Both the position numbers and the translations under genes were made by a program. Source: Octopus vulgaris (taxonomy: Eukaryota). From it: 64,000 nt of DNA. Location of the stretch: positions 70,494,001 to 70,558,000 of the forward strand of contig OX597823.1 of assembly GCA_951406725.2 (NCBI GenBank), in the 5' to 3' direction. The notes under the pieces were generated by a model. It was not told where the DNA came from. It was given only the letters and a program-made list of their open reading frames with translations, and ran no database searches. Position 1 is the first letter of the stretch. Each line of letters begins with the position of its first letter. Positions 13,349 to 27,200 of the stretch are shown one piece after another.

Positions 13349-13930
13349 GAGAGAGAGAGAAGTTGTGAGAGGACGACCTTATTAATGGTTGTCCCCATTA
13401 CCGGAGAAATATTAGAAGTGAGTGCAATAGGGTGATAGGTGGCAGGTTACTTTCCTGAGGATGCGACACGCTGCAGAGAGAAAAAAATCGAAAAGCTTGA
13501 TGAGTCAGGGCATACCTCTGGGGTGCGATGTTTGAGAATAATGGAGGAGGAGACACCATCAGAATTGATGTCCTTGGTTTGAAGTGACCAAGGGTACTTT
13601 TGCATTTGCTGTCTGTGTATGTAAGATGGTGGACTTGAAGGAGTTGAAAGGGGGATAAAACTAGAGGAAATTTATCAAGTGTGTGCAATTTGAAGGTGAC
13701 TGAAAAGTAGAGAGGGAAAGTAGATGCTTTCTCAGGGGCTGCTGCTCACAGAACCGTTATTGTTGTGAAGTGGAACGAAAGAGGATTCTATAAAATTACA
13801 GTTTGGAAGGCGAGATAGTTTCGAAGTCATTTTTCGCAGTTCAGACAATGGCTTTGCATTTGTTGCGTTGCTAGGTAAAAACCACTTAGTTTTGAGGAGT
13901 GGAGGGATTTTGTCAGGTCTGCGTACCAAT
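12100..13930 (-). mobile_element. Decayed CR1/L2-like LINE interrupted by a SINE and (GA)n
   Basis: Remnant peptides WIRSFLSDR, INSSLPQVS and FNSKKTQ. Confidence 0.55.
12212..12600 (+). mobile_element. SINE family B (tRNA-derived head 1 + tail X), full length
   Basis: A-box TGGCCCAGTGG and B-box-like GGTTTCGATTCCC; 12-bp TSD ACTGTAAAACCT at 12200-12211 and 12601-12612. Confidence 0.92.
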
Positions 13931-15470
13931 CATTTTCGGGACTTGGGATACTGGATTTTGTTGTGTGTGGGATGCCTTAGAGAGAAAATCTTAGTCATCC
14001 GCCGACCTATTTCAAATAACACATAGACAAGATAAAAATTTCTGATTATTCAGTTTATTTGAATAGCTCTAACAGAATGCTAAATCTGAAGTTTCTCTAT
14101 AGAAAGTGTGTGTTCAGATGATATGTGTGTTTGGATAACTGTGTTTAAAATTGGTTTCGGTGTTAAAGTATATTTGGTTATATTTACAAATGTTTACTTT
14201 CCAAACAGCCAGACCTTAGTATTACATGATACATTTCAGATAGTCCTTTGCATGCACTGGGGCATTCGTACATTTTGGATAGATTCTATATTTATTTCGT
14301 GTTTCACAGTTCTGTTATATTGCTGTTTAAATGTGTGTGTTTGCTTCTAGAAAATATATTCACAGTATTATTTTTGTGTAACATTTAGTAATGATAATCA
14401 ACATGTTTTCTGTACAGAACTCATTTTAAAACCCAAATATGAATAAATATTCTCTTCAATTTGTTAAATTCAATGAACACGCTTAAACATTTAGAATTTA
14501 TAAACTGGTTTCCAGAGTTTACAATTAAAAGAAAGTATAACAGAAATCTGTTCCAGCTGTCGTTTTCGTTTCAAAGCGATATTTGAAATTTAAATTTTAT
14601 ATTTGGCAAATTTTGTTACAGAGATTGTGTTCACACCAAAACAACATATTTTTTTTTTATTCTTGCATCATTATCAAATCATTTTTAACGCAAACACTTG
14701 ATATAATTTCAATTCCTTTATTAAGATCGAATCAGATTGGAGTTTTCAAAGAGCAATACTGTATATTTATTCCTAGAAGACAATTTTCAATCCGTATAAA
14801 GCTTATTAAATCTGGATAAACATTGCTGTACATACTTAAATTATAAAAATACTTGCCACGAGAGAAGTCATACCTATATAAACGTTATATTGTTGATTTA
14901 TAAATGTTATTTTTTGTTTGAATACTCTTGCCTTTTGCAGTGACAGATTGCAGTAAGAAATGAGAAAAAAACAAAACAAAAACAAAACAAAACAAAAAAC
15001 AAAAACAAAACAAAAAATTATTTGATCATGCTTCATTAATTGTTTGGCTGCTGTTTCTGATGATAAGTCATTAATCATATTTGAGGAAATAGAGGACAAC
15101 CGTTGAATTCAAGAACACTAACCGAGTTGGAATAAGGGAAAACTGCGATAATATTTAATTAAATAAAAAGTATGGATGTGTGGAAAGCATGAAGAAAGTT
15201 ATTTGTAAGAGAAAATGTTCTGAGAAGCACATAGAACGTATTGTAGAAAGAAGGTAGAATATGCTTGTCTATTGAAGCACATGACGGAGTTCACGGGCAT
15301 CCAGCACAACAAAGGATGTTAAAGTGAGAATAGGAAAAAGTACGGTTCTACAGTGGATCAGCAGTTGGAAGTAGTTTGAATCTGAATGTCGCTTTCTTCG
15401 GTTCATTTCAAAAATTTGGGCCACTCAGAGGCATCTTTATAATTATAAGGATAATTCTCCATATAATACT

Positions 15471-15681
15471 GATTTCAAATTTTGGCACAAGGCCAGTAAT
15501 TTCGAGAGAGGGGTGTAAGTCGATTACACTGACCCCCCCAGTGCTCAACTGGTACTTATTATCGAACCCGATAGGATGAAAGGTAAAGTCGACCTCTGCA
15601 GAATTTGAACTCAGAACGTAAAGACGAACGAAATGCCGCTTAGCATTTTGTCTGGCATGCAAACGATTCTACCAGCCCACC
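15471..15681 (-). mobile_element. SINE family C
   Basis: tRNA-like head with GAGTTCAAATTC and a central GACTTT.CCTTTCATCCT.TCGGG.TCGATAA.TAAGTACCAG block shared with at least 8 other copies in the window. Confidence 0.8.
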
Positions 15682-15844
15682 TTCCTAATGCTCCTTATAA
15701 TATTTTTTGTGATCTTTACTCGTTCACTTGTAAAACATTTTAAGCCTCTTCATGTACCACCACGCCCAACCACATGTGTGTGTATGTATGCATGTATATA
15801 TATATATGGTCATGGGTTCAAATCGGACTGGTCTACAGATGCAA

Positions 15845-15879
<35 letters not shown>

Positions 15880-15883
<4 letters not shown>

Positions 15884-16250
15884 GCAGAGTCTTCAAGCAT
15901 ACTTTCTATAGGGTCTTGTCTGATGCAATCTCTCTTGTTGATCCGCCTGAATCCTCAAGCGAGATCAACCGAGCTTATGGATCTTATTAAACCAGCTGGT
16001 TCATGGCCTACTTCTGGGTCTCTGACCGGTTTTGATTTTGCCTGTAAAACCTGTCCAGCGATTTTTTCCGGAGACATTCTTACAACATGTTTGCGGCATC
16101 GGAGCTGTGATCTCTCGGTTCAGAGAAGCAGCGACTCTACGTGAGGGCGCTCTTCTGATCTCCATGCTATGCACTTTATCGAGTAACGTTACTTCAAAGT
16201 CTCTTTGGAGGAACCTCATCTCGGCCGCTTGTATTCGCGACCAAGCTTCA
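15880..16250 (-). mobile_element. RTE LINE 3' fragment
   Basis: VTLLDKVHSMEIRRA...GQRPRSRP..W, a decayed RTE C-terminus. Confidence 0.6.
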
Positions 16251-16495
16251 CGACCATGTGTGTTATTTATTAATTTTTTGCAATGAAAAGACCACTCCTA
16301 GTTAGAAACTTAGGCTGGCATGAAAATTGCTTAAATTTTTCATAGAATTACCTAAACGCCCGTAAAATTTTTCAGCTAGAAAAAACCCAAGCCAATCACT
16401 AGATCCTTACATTTCTGACAGAAAGTGACAAGGATGTATCATAGAAATTTCGGTTTCTGAGCGATGTTTAAATCTTTCAGCGAAAGAAAGATGCG

Positions 16496-16748
16496 TACCT
16501 ACCTACCTACCTACCTACCTACTTACCTACCTACCTACCTACCTACCTGACTACCTACCTACCTACCTGACTACCTACCTGCCTACCTACCTACCTACCT
16601 ACCTACCTACCTACCTACCTACCTACCTACCTACCTACCTACCTACCTACCTACCTACCTACCTACCTACCTACCTACCTACCTACTTGCCTACCTACCT
16701 ACCTACCTACCTACCTACCTACCTACCTACCTACCTACCTACCTACCT
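16496..16748. repeat. (ACCT)n tetranucleotide array
   Basis: Read directly. Confidence 0.95.
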
Positions 16749-16789
16749 GTGTTCATACATACATTGCAGGAGTCAACTCGTGTTCGGAT

Positions 16790-17600
16790 ATTATCATTTC
16801 TTAGACACAATACTTAGCAAATGTTTTCTTGTCGCAGATGATGTTTGCAACGACTTCAGTCAACAAATCATGTCAATAAGTTGGACAATTCAGTTTATCT
16901 GCTGGAATTTGTTCATTTGGGTGGTATGCTTTGAACTGGCGTTTTAACTCAGCTTCCGAGCAGCATACTTTATTATACAAGCCACATGCAAAATCAAACC
17001 AGAATATTATATCGATTTTCTACATTATGTGTTGCATCATGCCGTTTGAAACTGCTTTAAATTCTTTTCAGGGAATGATTCTGCAGTCTCCATACATCAT
17101 GCAAAAAAGTTTTAGTTCAGTATACACTCAAACCACAAACAATCGGACTTCTCCAATGGCTTGACATTATTTTTTTACTGCATTTTTCAGTCAATCTTTA
17201 CGCCCTTCCTAACGCTTTCCCTGATTCAGAACGTCATTGTTTCGGTAATCTACTATGTTTCAGATGAATTACATGACCAAACCACCCAAGCCTTTGTTTA
17301 ATGAAATCTACATTTGACAAATGATCTCATTGCAGCACTTTGAAAATATTATCATATTGTACCGCGAGCATTGCTGGTGAAAACGTTCTAGAAGCTGAAG
17401 ATATCTGTTACATGTTGTCCACGTCTCACACACGTATAACGATACTATAAGCACACATGCTTGATACACAGCTATTCTTGTGCTGGTTTTGAAATCTGAC
17501 TGTGGCAAAAAACCTTTTTCTAACTCACTGAATGCATCTGCAGCCTTTGAAATCCTGAAGCTGATTTCTTTACCAAGGATTGCAAAAGTGTATTACCGTG
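16790..17600 (-). mobile_element. Decayed RTE LINE fragment
   Basis: KTSTRIAVYQACVLIVSLYVCETWT...LERFHQQC. Confidence 0.65.
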
Positions 17601-17762
17601 GTATACAGACTTATTAGGGATATATATATACTAACGGAATTCATAAATTATTGGAATGGCAATTCTGTAAGATGCTGTACCAGATGTATCTTTACAACTA
17701 AACTAAGACTAGCTTCTCGACGTTCATTATAAGACCTTCCTTTATAATATACCGTATAAGAG

Positions 17763-17845
17763 CATGTTCTTCTATCTGGCTTCATGTTCTTCTATCTGGC
17801 TTCATGTTCTTCTATCTGGCTTCATGTTCTTCTATCTGGCTTCAT
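17763..17845. repeat. 20-bp tandem repeat x4 (TTCATGTTCTTCTATCTGGC)
   Basis: Read directly. Confidence 0.95.
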
Positions 17846-17948
17846 CAGACAACCTTGTTTCAAATAAAGTAGCTATATCTATATTGTAGAACACTAATTC
17901 TGTGACAATATGAACAGTTCACTACTTTGTTCGATCTAAATTTAAGTT

Positions 17949-18104
17949 AAGTTATATAAAATCTTTAAGCGCGAGATAAACAGTAACAGTACGGAATCGT
18001 AAAATATATTTTCCAACTAAATGTGGCCACATTTTGTTGGCAAATATATTTTGCGATTTTGTACAGTTACTGTTTATCTCTCGCTCAGATATTTAATATA
18101 ACTT
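17949..18104. repeat. 156-bp imperfect palindrome (fold-back MITE-like)
   Basis: Arms pair around the centre TGG|CCA at 18026/18027 with no spacer. Confidence 0.8.
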
Positions 18105-19944
18105 ACCTCTCTCTTTACGAGATCAGAGACAGCGTGTCGCTAGAAAAAGGATGTAGTATTTTGCGATTGGAATGAGTTCTTCATCACTAGCCAGCGATTA
18201 ACGCACATTTTATTTAGTTTATTGGTATATTTTTTGGTCTCTTTTTTTACTTCGTCCGCGTGTAAGAAGACAACTGCTAGTTGCAGGTTCGCTGGTCAGT
18301 TTCAAATCAGGCAAGCTTTGTTTGGGCCACCTCTTTTAGGTCCTTTCAAATTAATAGATGATAAACGTTATACTTAAAAAGAACAGTTCGGTAATTGCAG
18401 ATGCTGCCAAACCTGCCAATTTCCAGACTTTAGAGAAGACGCGACTAGTATCCAAAGCTTACGCACAGGTTTGCAATTAAATGTTCCCAGTTTGTCAAGC
18501 CCTTATAATTCAAGACTCATCACCGCTTCTATTTGTGTTCTACGAAGTCCCGGACAGGAAATTAATTATAATGAATGAAGCATGAACAGAACTGCACTCA
18601 CTTTTCAGAAAGAACGGTTTCTTTTGAATGAGCCAACATTGATTAGGAAGAGCAGAAACTGAGTGATTCCCACGCTTAATATTAGAATACCCTTCTCCTA
18701 AACAGATATTCTGAAAAGAACTTAGGATGTATCCCTCTCAAGCACGTTCGCCATTTCTAGATAGTCACTGACCCCAATGCTATTTTGAATGGTCCTTTTG
18801 TCAGATGCCTGGTTTCTGAATGAATGAATGAATATCGTCGTAGTTGAACAACCGATCCTAACCAGTTGGGATTCACAGTACGGGTTGTAGCATTTATCCT
18901 TTCGATCGCTAAATACGAAACGTGGCTCGCCAGTTTTGAATCAACATCTCACCCATGTACGCCGATTTACCACAAAGTTACCCATTTGCAGCTGAGTCGA
19001 CTGGAGCTACGCAAACGTACAAACAGTCTGGGAATCAAAATCATGATCTCACTAGGCCACTCGCCTTCACCTACTAGGTTTCTAGTCTTTGGGTTTCGAG
19101 CAGCCTTTCTTACCAGATTGCTCCGGCCAAGGGAACGGTTTAATTGCCAACGGCCTGATTATGTGACATTGTACGAGATTATATTAGTAATAGCATTGTT
19201 ATATGACAGGCATGCAAGCATGATGCAATGTGAGCGATCGTACATACATGCATGCATACATACACGCATTCACACACACACACACACACACACGTACACA
19301 CGTACATACACGCATATATGTGTGTGCGTGTGCGGTACATACGTGTATATCTGTGGCGGCTTCCTATACAGTTTACGTCTACCAAATTCCATTACAAAAT
19401 ATTGATTATCGATTGACCCAAGAATTCACCCAAGGCTGGAGATACTTTCCCAAGCTGTATCGCAATGGAATTGAACCCGGAACCAAATGTTACGGAACAA
19501 ACTTCATGAACACATAGCCATAGTTGATGGAAGTTACACTTTGAATATTTCTCAACACCATGTTATTAATTTCCGAACGTAAAATACGCTAAAATATGCC
19601 TGGAACTTTCTGTATGCATTGAAAGAAAATAACCACAAGAACACCCCCAATGCTATAAATATATGTGAAGTTCTTATGTTTTATTATTAACTCGCTTCCC
19701 AACTCTTTGTGTCTCTCTTTTTCTTCCTATCTCTTTCTATATATATTTGTACACACAACCCTTCCACACACAGACACACACACACAGATATGGATTAGAA
19801 GTGCTAAGCTGTGATTTATATAAACTTATTTTTTTCGGGTAACCAGTTCAAATACGTTCGAGACATATTCGAACCCTAAGAAGTCCATTCACTGCATTTG
19901 GTCACGGAAAAATATTCTCGAGGAAGGAGATATCTAACTGTGTA

Positions 19945-20014
<70 letters not shown>

Positions 20015-20060
20015 TTTAATGTCGATAAAATATGTATTCATTCAATATTAACACAGGATA

Positions 20061-20386
20061 GTGAAGGCGCGTGGCTTAGTGGTTAGGGCATTCGGCTCAC
20101 GATTGTAAGGTCGTGAGTTCGATTCCCGGCGACGCGTTGTGTCCTTGAGCAAGACACTTTATTTCACGTTGCTCCAGTCTACTCAGCTGGCAAAAATGAG
20201 TTGTACCTGTATTTCAAAGGACCGGCCTTGTCACACTCTGTGTCACGCTGAATCTCCCTGAGAACTACATTAGGGGTACACGTGTCTGTGGATTGCTCAG
20301 TCATTTGCACGTTAATTTCACAAGCAGGTTGTTCCGTTGATCGTATCAGCTGGGACCCTCATCGTCGTAACCGACGGAGTGTTCCT
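20061..20386 (+). mobile_element. SINE with head 2 (tRNA + CORE-like) and the same tail X as family B
   Basis: TGGCTTAGTGG and GAGTTCGATTCCC boxes, then GTCCTTGAGCAAGACACTT; 13-bp TSD TTAACACAGGATA at 20048-20060 and 20387-20399. Confidence 0.9.
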
Positions 20387-21231
20387 TTAACACAGGATAT
20401 AGAAGTTCTATTTAAGTTCTGCGCAAATATACCGACTGTACTCAGAAGGAGTACATTCTTTGATGGCATCTGTTGTACCGAACGTTTCGTTCCTTCAGTA
20501 TGCTTTAATTGGCTAGCATCATAGAATTCTTGTTGAGGTTTCTTAAATATGTGCTTTGGTTATAAAAGAATATTGTTAAAGTTTTTATAAGCTTTCATAA
20601 GTGCAGCACATCTTTCGACAATTCCAAGATGCCAAGACTCGAATCAGATAAAGGATTCTTCAAAAATCATGACCATACGTCAACAGATTAAAAAATACAA
20701 GCTTTGCACAACAGGAGGGGGGCACATATTTTATGGGTTTTACAATGCCTAGTATCTGAACATTAGAACGGAAATACTTAGAAGGCGACGTCATGCAGAT
20801 AAATATATCATTGCTCAGTAGAAAATTCTGCCATCGCTAGATTTCTACTCTGACAGACACTGGCAAACCTCCACTATGGATACACACGCATACATTTGAT
20901 AGTTATTCCACTGATCTTTCTACAATTTGATACTGAAATTTATATATTCAAACACTCGGGTTAAATACATACATACATAAGTACGGACGTAGGTACGTGT
21001 GTGTATATGTGTGTGTGTATGTATTTTATTGTGTATACATGACCACGTGCTCGTGAGTATAAATATCCATTTCATTGAAATTTTTATGAAAGTATATTCT
21101 TTAGAATTCAACAAATGTAACTTTTAAAGTAAATGAGTTATCATCCCTTGTTCACGTTTTTTTTCGTTTATAGCCTTATATTTTGTGATGCATCTGCCCT
21201 TCATGTCAAATTTGGCAAGATTTCTAGCCCC

Positions 21232-21234
<3 letters not shown>

Positions 21235-21304
<70 letters not shown>

Positions 21305-21324
21305 TGTATGTATGTATGTATGTA

Positions 21325-21407
<83 letters not shown>
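21235..21407. repeat. Compound (TA)n(TATG)n(TG)n microsatellite
   Basis: Read directly. Confidence 0.95.
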
Positions 21408-21409
<2 letters not shown>

Positions 21410-21689
21410 AGCCAGAAAGCTTAAGAAGACAAGCAAAAGACAAGAGCACTGAAAACACATTGTGTTAGTAGTTTGAAATATATTTGAATTACTCAAGTTT
21501 AAAAACCACAAAAAAAAGCATGCCCCTGATCGTTCAATATACTGACTCTATGTTGTGAGACAACCACAGCTTCTAAACAAAGCTATTATAACACCAAGCT
21601 CTCGTCTAACAGCTGATTTCTTCACACAATCCAAATTAATACAGATAAGACTTATACCTTATTACTTGACAACCAGCCTTATTTAGAAA

Positions 21690-21895
21690 CGTTAAACAAA
21701 TGGCTCTCAATCCTAAGATCGTAGTTTCAATTCCCGGCCAAGGAGGCGCTTTGTGTCTTTGTGTAAGACATTTTACTTCACGTTGCTCCAATTAACTCAG
21801 ATGAAATGAGCGAATTCTGCGACGGACTGGCGTTCCGTTTCGGGAAAAAAGTATTGCGCTCTCTTCATTTTTATGCCATGGAAAACCGAGTTAAT
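21690..21895 (+). mobile_element. Decayed head-2 SINE with a different 3' part
   Basis: TTCAATTCCCGG...TTCACGTTGCTCCA resembles the 20061 head and continues into CTGCGACGGACTGGCG. Confidence 0.5.
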
Positions 21896-22005
21896 TCCAG
21901 CCTAATTATCCTAACTAGCGACAAGCACACACACATCTCTACTTATCTCTATCTCCATCTATCAATCAATCTATCCCCCCTCTCGACCCTTCTCCCTCCC
22001 CACCC

Positions 22006-22046
<41 letters not shown>

Positions 22047-22744
22047 CTTTTCTTTTTTTTCTTTTTCTTTTTTCTTTTTTCTTTTATTTATTTATTTTTT
22101 TGTTCTTTTCTTCCCTTTTACGATCCCTCTTGATCGAAAACCTACGCCACCCCTTTTTTTGTTTCTTTTGTTTTTTGTTTTTTTCATCCCCCAAAAGAAA
22201 AGCTCTACCTTGTAACTTGTCCCATCTGTGTGCAGCCCTGTGTGGCCAATAAAAAAACTTATCTATCTATCTATCATACATGAAAAGTTAAGAAAACATT
22301 ATTCTGAACTTCACTTGTCAATCTTCGGATCTACCGTCCCGAAGATCGGTAATGAGAGACTAGGAGTAACAGTTACTAAAATTTCCAGCTTCTAATGAAT
22401 AAGAAAGAACTCTGTGGTTCATTTTGAGGTCTTACTTTTACATATCTTGTTCACACAATCTTTTGCTGCAGAAACATATATCCATAAATGCGCTGTGTGC
22501 AATTAAGAGTCAACAGCTCCTTCGTAGACAAGCTTCACGTGGGATTTTGCCAACATGGCTAATTTATTGTTTTCTGTTTTTCTTCACGTTTCCTCCTCTG
22601 TTTCCACTTTACACTAATTTCAGAAGAAAGACAATGTCGAAGCATAACTAATTATTACCGTTTCTCTGAGTCTAATAATTTTGATCTTGAAATCATCCCA
22701 TGTTCTTGTTTCTTGTTATGTGTTTTTTTAATTCTTTTGTCATC

Positions 22745-22778
<34 letters not shown>

Positions 22779-22799
22779 CATACAAACATATATATATAT

Positions 22800-23068
22800 A
22801 ACTATAAATTAGGGTATCTGAGAGATACCACCATGCTGAAATAGCAGTCAAAACCCTGACCCTGTCTCTCTGCCTTCTCTCCTGGCGCGATATGAACATT
22901 TAAGGTGGCTTTAGGGTCAGGGTTTTGACTGCTATTTCAGCATGGTGGTATCTCTCAGATACCCTAATTTATAGTTTTAAATAATTATTACTTTTGTATG
23001 GTATTTATTCCCATGGTCACCACTTGATAAGATCGATATTTAAATATCGATATTATCCTAATTTATAA

Positions 23069-23072
<4 letters not shown>
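22800..23072 (+). mobile_element. Fold-back element in (TA)n: 64-bp perfect inverted repeat plus unique 3' extension (PLE-type junction)
   Basis: 22800-22863 is the reverse complement of 22913-22976; (TA)n lies on both sides. Confidence 0.75.
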
Positions 23073-23138
<66 letters not shown>

Positions 23139-23175
23139 AAACACACAAGCACTCACTCACGAATACACACATCTG

Positions 23176-23181
23176 TTTATT
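23176..23181 (-). promoter_or_regulatory. Candidate polyadenylation signal of VGAT
   Basis: AATAAA on the minus strand about 620 nt after the stop codon, followed by GT-rich GTGTGTATTCGTGAGTGAGTGCTTGTGTGTTTT. Confidence 0.5.
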
Positions 23182-23802
23182 TATGACAGTACACGACCTT
23201 CACAATGCACATCTGGTAATCGAGGTATTTAGTCGCTGAGTGTGCCGTACAACTAAGTAGAAATTAGTTGGGCCTATGACTAGCGCCTATGTACAAATAT
23301 ATAAGCGGAAATAATGGCTCTCGAATATAGCTAAATAAAGAATAAACAAACAAACTTCTAAATGTTTGTTGAATATTCACATTAATATGATAATTAATGT
23401 GAAAGTGTATTTAAAAACTATGCAGGCCACTGATAATCTACATATGATAATTAAAGATCGCATTCAAGATATCTAAGCCGAATTTTTCTTTCAAAAAACC
23501 AAAGCAATAATTTAACATCATCTAGAATTAATGAAATTTCTTTTTAACAATTTGTTATTACTATTGAGTGTTCAGTATTCATTTTCATCTCAGAGGAGGG
23601 ATTGCAGGATATAAAATGCATAGAGCTGTCTCTTGATTTTGACAAAAATATAGAAACTCTATTCTATACATCTTTTGAAGAACATGACATATCAATAAAT
23701 AACAGCAACATCAATATTCAAAGTTAAAATGCTTGAAACCAAAATATCATTTTAAAAACAGACGTATTTTGGAACAGCAATAACATATGTAAAATCCTAA
23801 TC

Positions 23803-24817
23803 TTATAGACTTTTGTGAAAGTCCCTCGCATGAAATGGTGTTGTTGGTATACCACGGAAAGCTAGACTAAGTGCCCTGAAAGAATAATATATTCCAATGG
23901 AACCTACAACAACGCCGATTATAATGATACTAATATCTAATACTTTTGTGTACCATGGAAGTATTTTGCCTTTAATTCTGATATGAAAGAAACACGGCCA
24001 AACAAAAGAAAGCATAGTACCAGTGAAGCTACCGATCAAACCCATAAGTATTGCGAAATGAGGAATAAATATAGCCATTGCCATTGTAGCTAGGACAAGA
24101 CCAATTCTCAGACATCCTGCCCATATTTTGAGGCGACAGTTCTCGTCAAAACAAGAAGGAAAATAAGTCGAAGGTTTTCCGTTGAAATATGTAGTCTGAA
24201 TCATCTCCACGGCTGCATAGTATGGAAGTGGATAGGAAAGAGTGGATTTTGCTACAAGAATTAAATTGACGACAATCTTTAGGCTCTGAGTTGGTAAATT
24301 ATTTGTGATCACTTCCTGCGTTCCATTTCCCCATGTTAAGAAACAGATATACGAGAACAACACTTTGAAAAATGCTGCTGCTATGTGAGTCCAATGCATC
24401 ATGCAGTGAAACCGGGAACGATCTTCCATGTTTTCTTCTAGTGTTGGTAGAAATATCTGTGAGGTATAGCTGAAAACTACAATACCTATGGAAATGGGGA
24501 ATGTCCAAACATCAACTTTAATCTGGACTGATTTCCACTGCCATTCGGTGGCCCGTGTAAAGCAAAAAATTAAAATAAATGCATTAATTGCCATATGAGC
24601 CATGGTGCACCAAAAACTGAGCCAAGAGACACCACGCAAGGACTTTAAAAAAGCGTAGCTCAGTAGCGGAGTTGTTGCGATCATTATCCAGAATGTGAGA
24701 CTGATAGGCGACTCAGGGAAACTTCCCAAAATCAGTTCCCCGCTGAGTAATACGTACAGAATGCAAGTCATTAGTAATTCTATCAGCTGAGCGACGTTGA
24801 CGATCTTACCACCGAAT
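23803..24817 (-). CDS. SLC32A1: Vesicular inhibitory amino acid (GABA/glycine) transporter, last coding exon
   Basis: Acceptor TTTGTTTCAG| before 24817, completing an Arg codon split by a phase-2 intron. FGGKIVNVAQLIELLMTCILY, GIVVFSYTSQIFLPTLE, LSYPLPYYAA and PHFAILMGLIGSFTG are hallmark VGAT/UNC-47 motifs. Ends at TAA. Confidence 0.95.
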
Positions 24818-25007
24818 CTGAAACAAAAATATTAAAATATAAGGATTTGGTATAAACGAAAAATAATTATTAGAACGTTCAGAAATTGGTTTTTAAAAGC
24901 AAGTTAAATTTGAAGACAAGAATACAATTTCTTTCAGCTGCCTTAGGAATAAAATTAATTTCTTTTCTCTATGCTTAAAACACACACTCACACACATACA
25001 CACACAA

Positions 25008-25059
<52 letters not shown>

Positions 25060-25291
25060 CACACACACACAAAACACACACACACACACGCACACACGCG
25101 CACGCACACACACACACACACACACGCACACACGCACACACGCACACACACACAGAGTTATAGAAGGAGTTGGGGCGGAAAGGCAATCGCTTATACGTTT
25201 CCATGGAGCTTCAAAAATTAGTGATCTGATATAGCTTTAATAGGAATCGTAACCGGCGCAGTACTAACTTAACTGTATTCGCCAACGCTCA

Positions 25292-25332
<41 letters not shown>

Positions 25333-25338
<6 letters not shown>

Positions 25339-26635
25339 AGTGGGCAGAAAAGTTCATCATCTAACTTTGAATGAGTGATGCTAGAGCTGTGAAATCTTGC
25401 ATGCATTAATTTCAAGTTTCCTTAATAATAACCGCATTGTTTCTTTCTAGGTAACTTGAAATCTTACTATTCAAAGAAGACTTCAAAAGTAACTCGTAGC
25501 GACTTCTCTTGAAAATGGACAAAATTTAGCATCGTGGTGTTACGAAGCACCGACAGAAAAATGGTTTAGCCCCCCCCCAGGACATGCATGCTGACAAGGC
25601 TGCTATATTAGGGAATGACACGCTAGCGTTATCAACAAGGCAAAAATGGGCAGCTTAAATTAGGAGGGGAAGGGAGAGTCTTGCAGATAACTCAAGGTCC
25701 GGACGTCCTGCGACTACCACCACCAAGGAAAACATTGATCGTGTTCAGCACATGGTGATGGATGGCAGTCGTTTGACTATAAATCAAATAACCAAAGCTA
25801 TGAGCATATCTCATGAAAATGTTGAGAATATTTTGCCCAATGAACTTGGCATGACGAACGTTTCTGTTCGGTGGATACTACACCTGACATCTGATCAAAA
25901 GCGTATTGGGCTGATACATCACAAGGAAATCTGACATTGTTTGAAGCAGATCCACTGGTTTCGTTGAAAGTTTCCTAACCCAAGATGAGTGTTGAGTTCT
26001 TCACTTTGAGCCAGACAAAGAGACAATCCATTCAGTAGGAACACTCCGCTTCACCGGCTCCAAAGAATGCCAAGGTCGTTTCATTTGCTGGGAAGGTGAT
26101 GAGCTAAGTTTTTATGGATGTAAAAGATATCGTGTTTATTGACTGTCTTCAAGAGGTATACACCATCCACAGAGAGTACTATGCCAACTTGCTGAGGTAG
26201 TTACGAAAGGCTATCAAAACCAAACACCTAGAAAAACTGACGAAAAAGGTTTTGTTTTATCAGGACAATTCTCCAGTACACAAGTCTTTTGTTTCAATGG
26301 CTGCTGTTCGTAACTGGGGCTTTGATCTGGTTGAGAACATTCCCTATTCTTCCGATTTGGCCCCATCTGACTATCATCTGTTTCCCAACAGGAAAAAACA
26401 AAACAAAACACTTGGTTGGGAATCAGCATCGCAGTGATGACATCGTATCAGCTGTTGATGACGTTTTTGACCAAAAAGATGAGAGCTTCTTCACCAACAG
26501 GATCCAAGCACCGCAACATCGATGGAAGAAGTGTGTGGACCACAAGAGGACTATGTTAAAAAAAAATCATACTCATTTGATCACTTTCCATGAAAGTGCC
26601 TGGGTTAGCATATGAATTTTTCGGCCGACCTCGTG
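25333..26635 (+). mobile_element. Near-full-length decayed mariner transposon in a VGAT intron
   Basis: Imperfect TIRs CACGAG.GT.GGC.GAAAA.TTCAT. Broken transposase with TQDEC, AGKVM, QDNSPVH and PYSSDLAPSDYHLFP. TA at the right end. Confidence 0.9.
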
Positions 26636-27200
26636 TATATATGATTAGATATTGAATAGTTTTGGGGAGGAATATATTTTTAAACAGAAGTGTCTTATCG
26701 ATAACTCCAACCATATGTATCTTGCATACCATAATCAATAAATTATGTTAATTGAACCTGGTTATGGGTAGGATTTAACTTAGTTATTTTGTTGACCGTC
26801 TTAACATAAAAATCATGCACTGGTGTATTTAAATTGGACTGCGTCTGCAAAGAAATGGATGTTCCTTGCATAGTTACTTAGATGTGAATAAATGGGTTTG
26901 TACCTTCAGTACACACTACTCCTTGAATAGCATTTTTTAGGAGCAAAGACATAGTTACCCTTTCAAACTGCTTATAATTGTTCGAAATCGCTCAGCTCAT
27001 ATCAAATAATTATCATTGAGTTGAGTTATCATTTATAGTAATTTCGGTAAACTGTTGTGATTTTTAAAAAAAATACACATCAAAGAAGGTGTACTTTGTT
27101 TGTACCAGTCACATTTAAAAAAATCTATTTTCTAATGAATTGCATATTAGCAGTTGACAGCTCAACTGATTCTAAGCCAACTCAGATAGTTTAGAAACGG

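Noticed and set aside
17763-17845. CRISPR-like short repeats (also 49732-49801)
   Set aside because: Head-to-tail repeats without spacers, in eukaryotic DNA.
22812-22857. HHR within the 64-bp arms
   Set aside because: The core reads CTGAGAGA, there is no stem II, and a competing GGTATCT/AGATACC hairpin exists.
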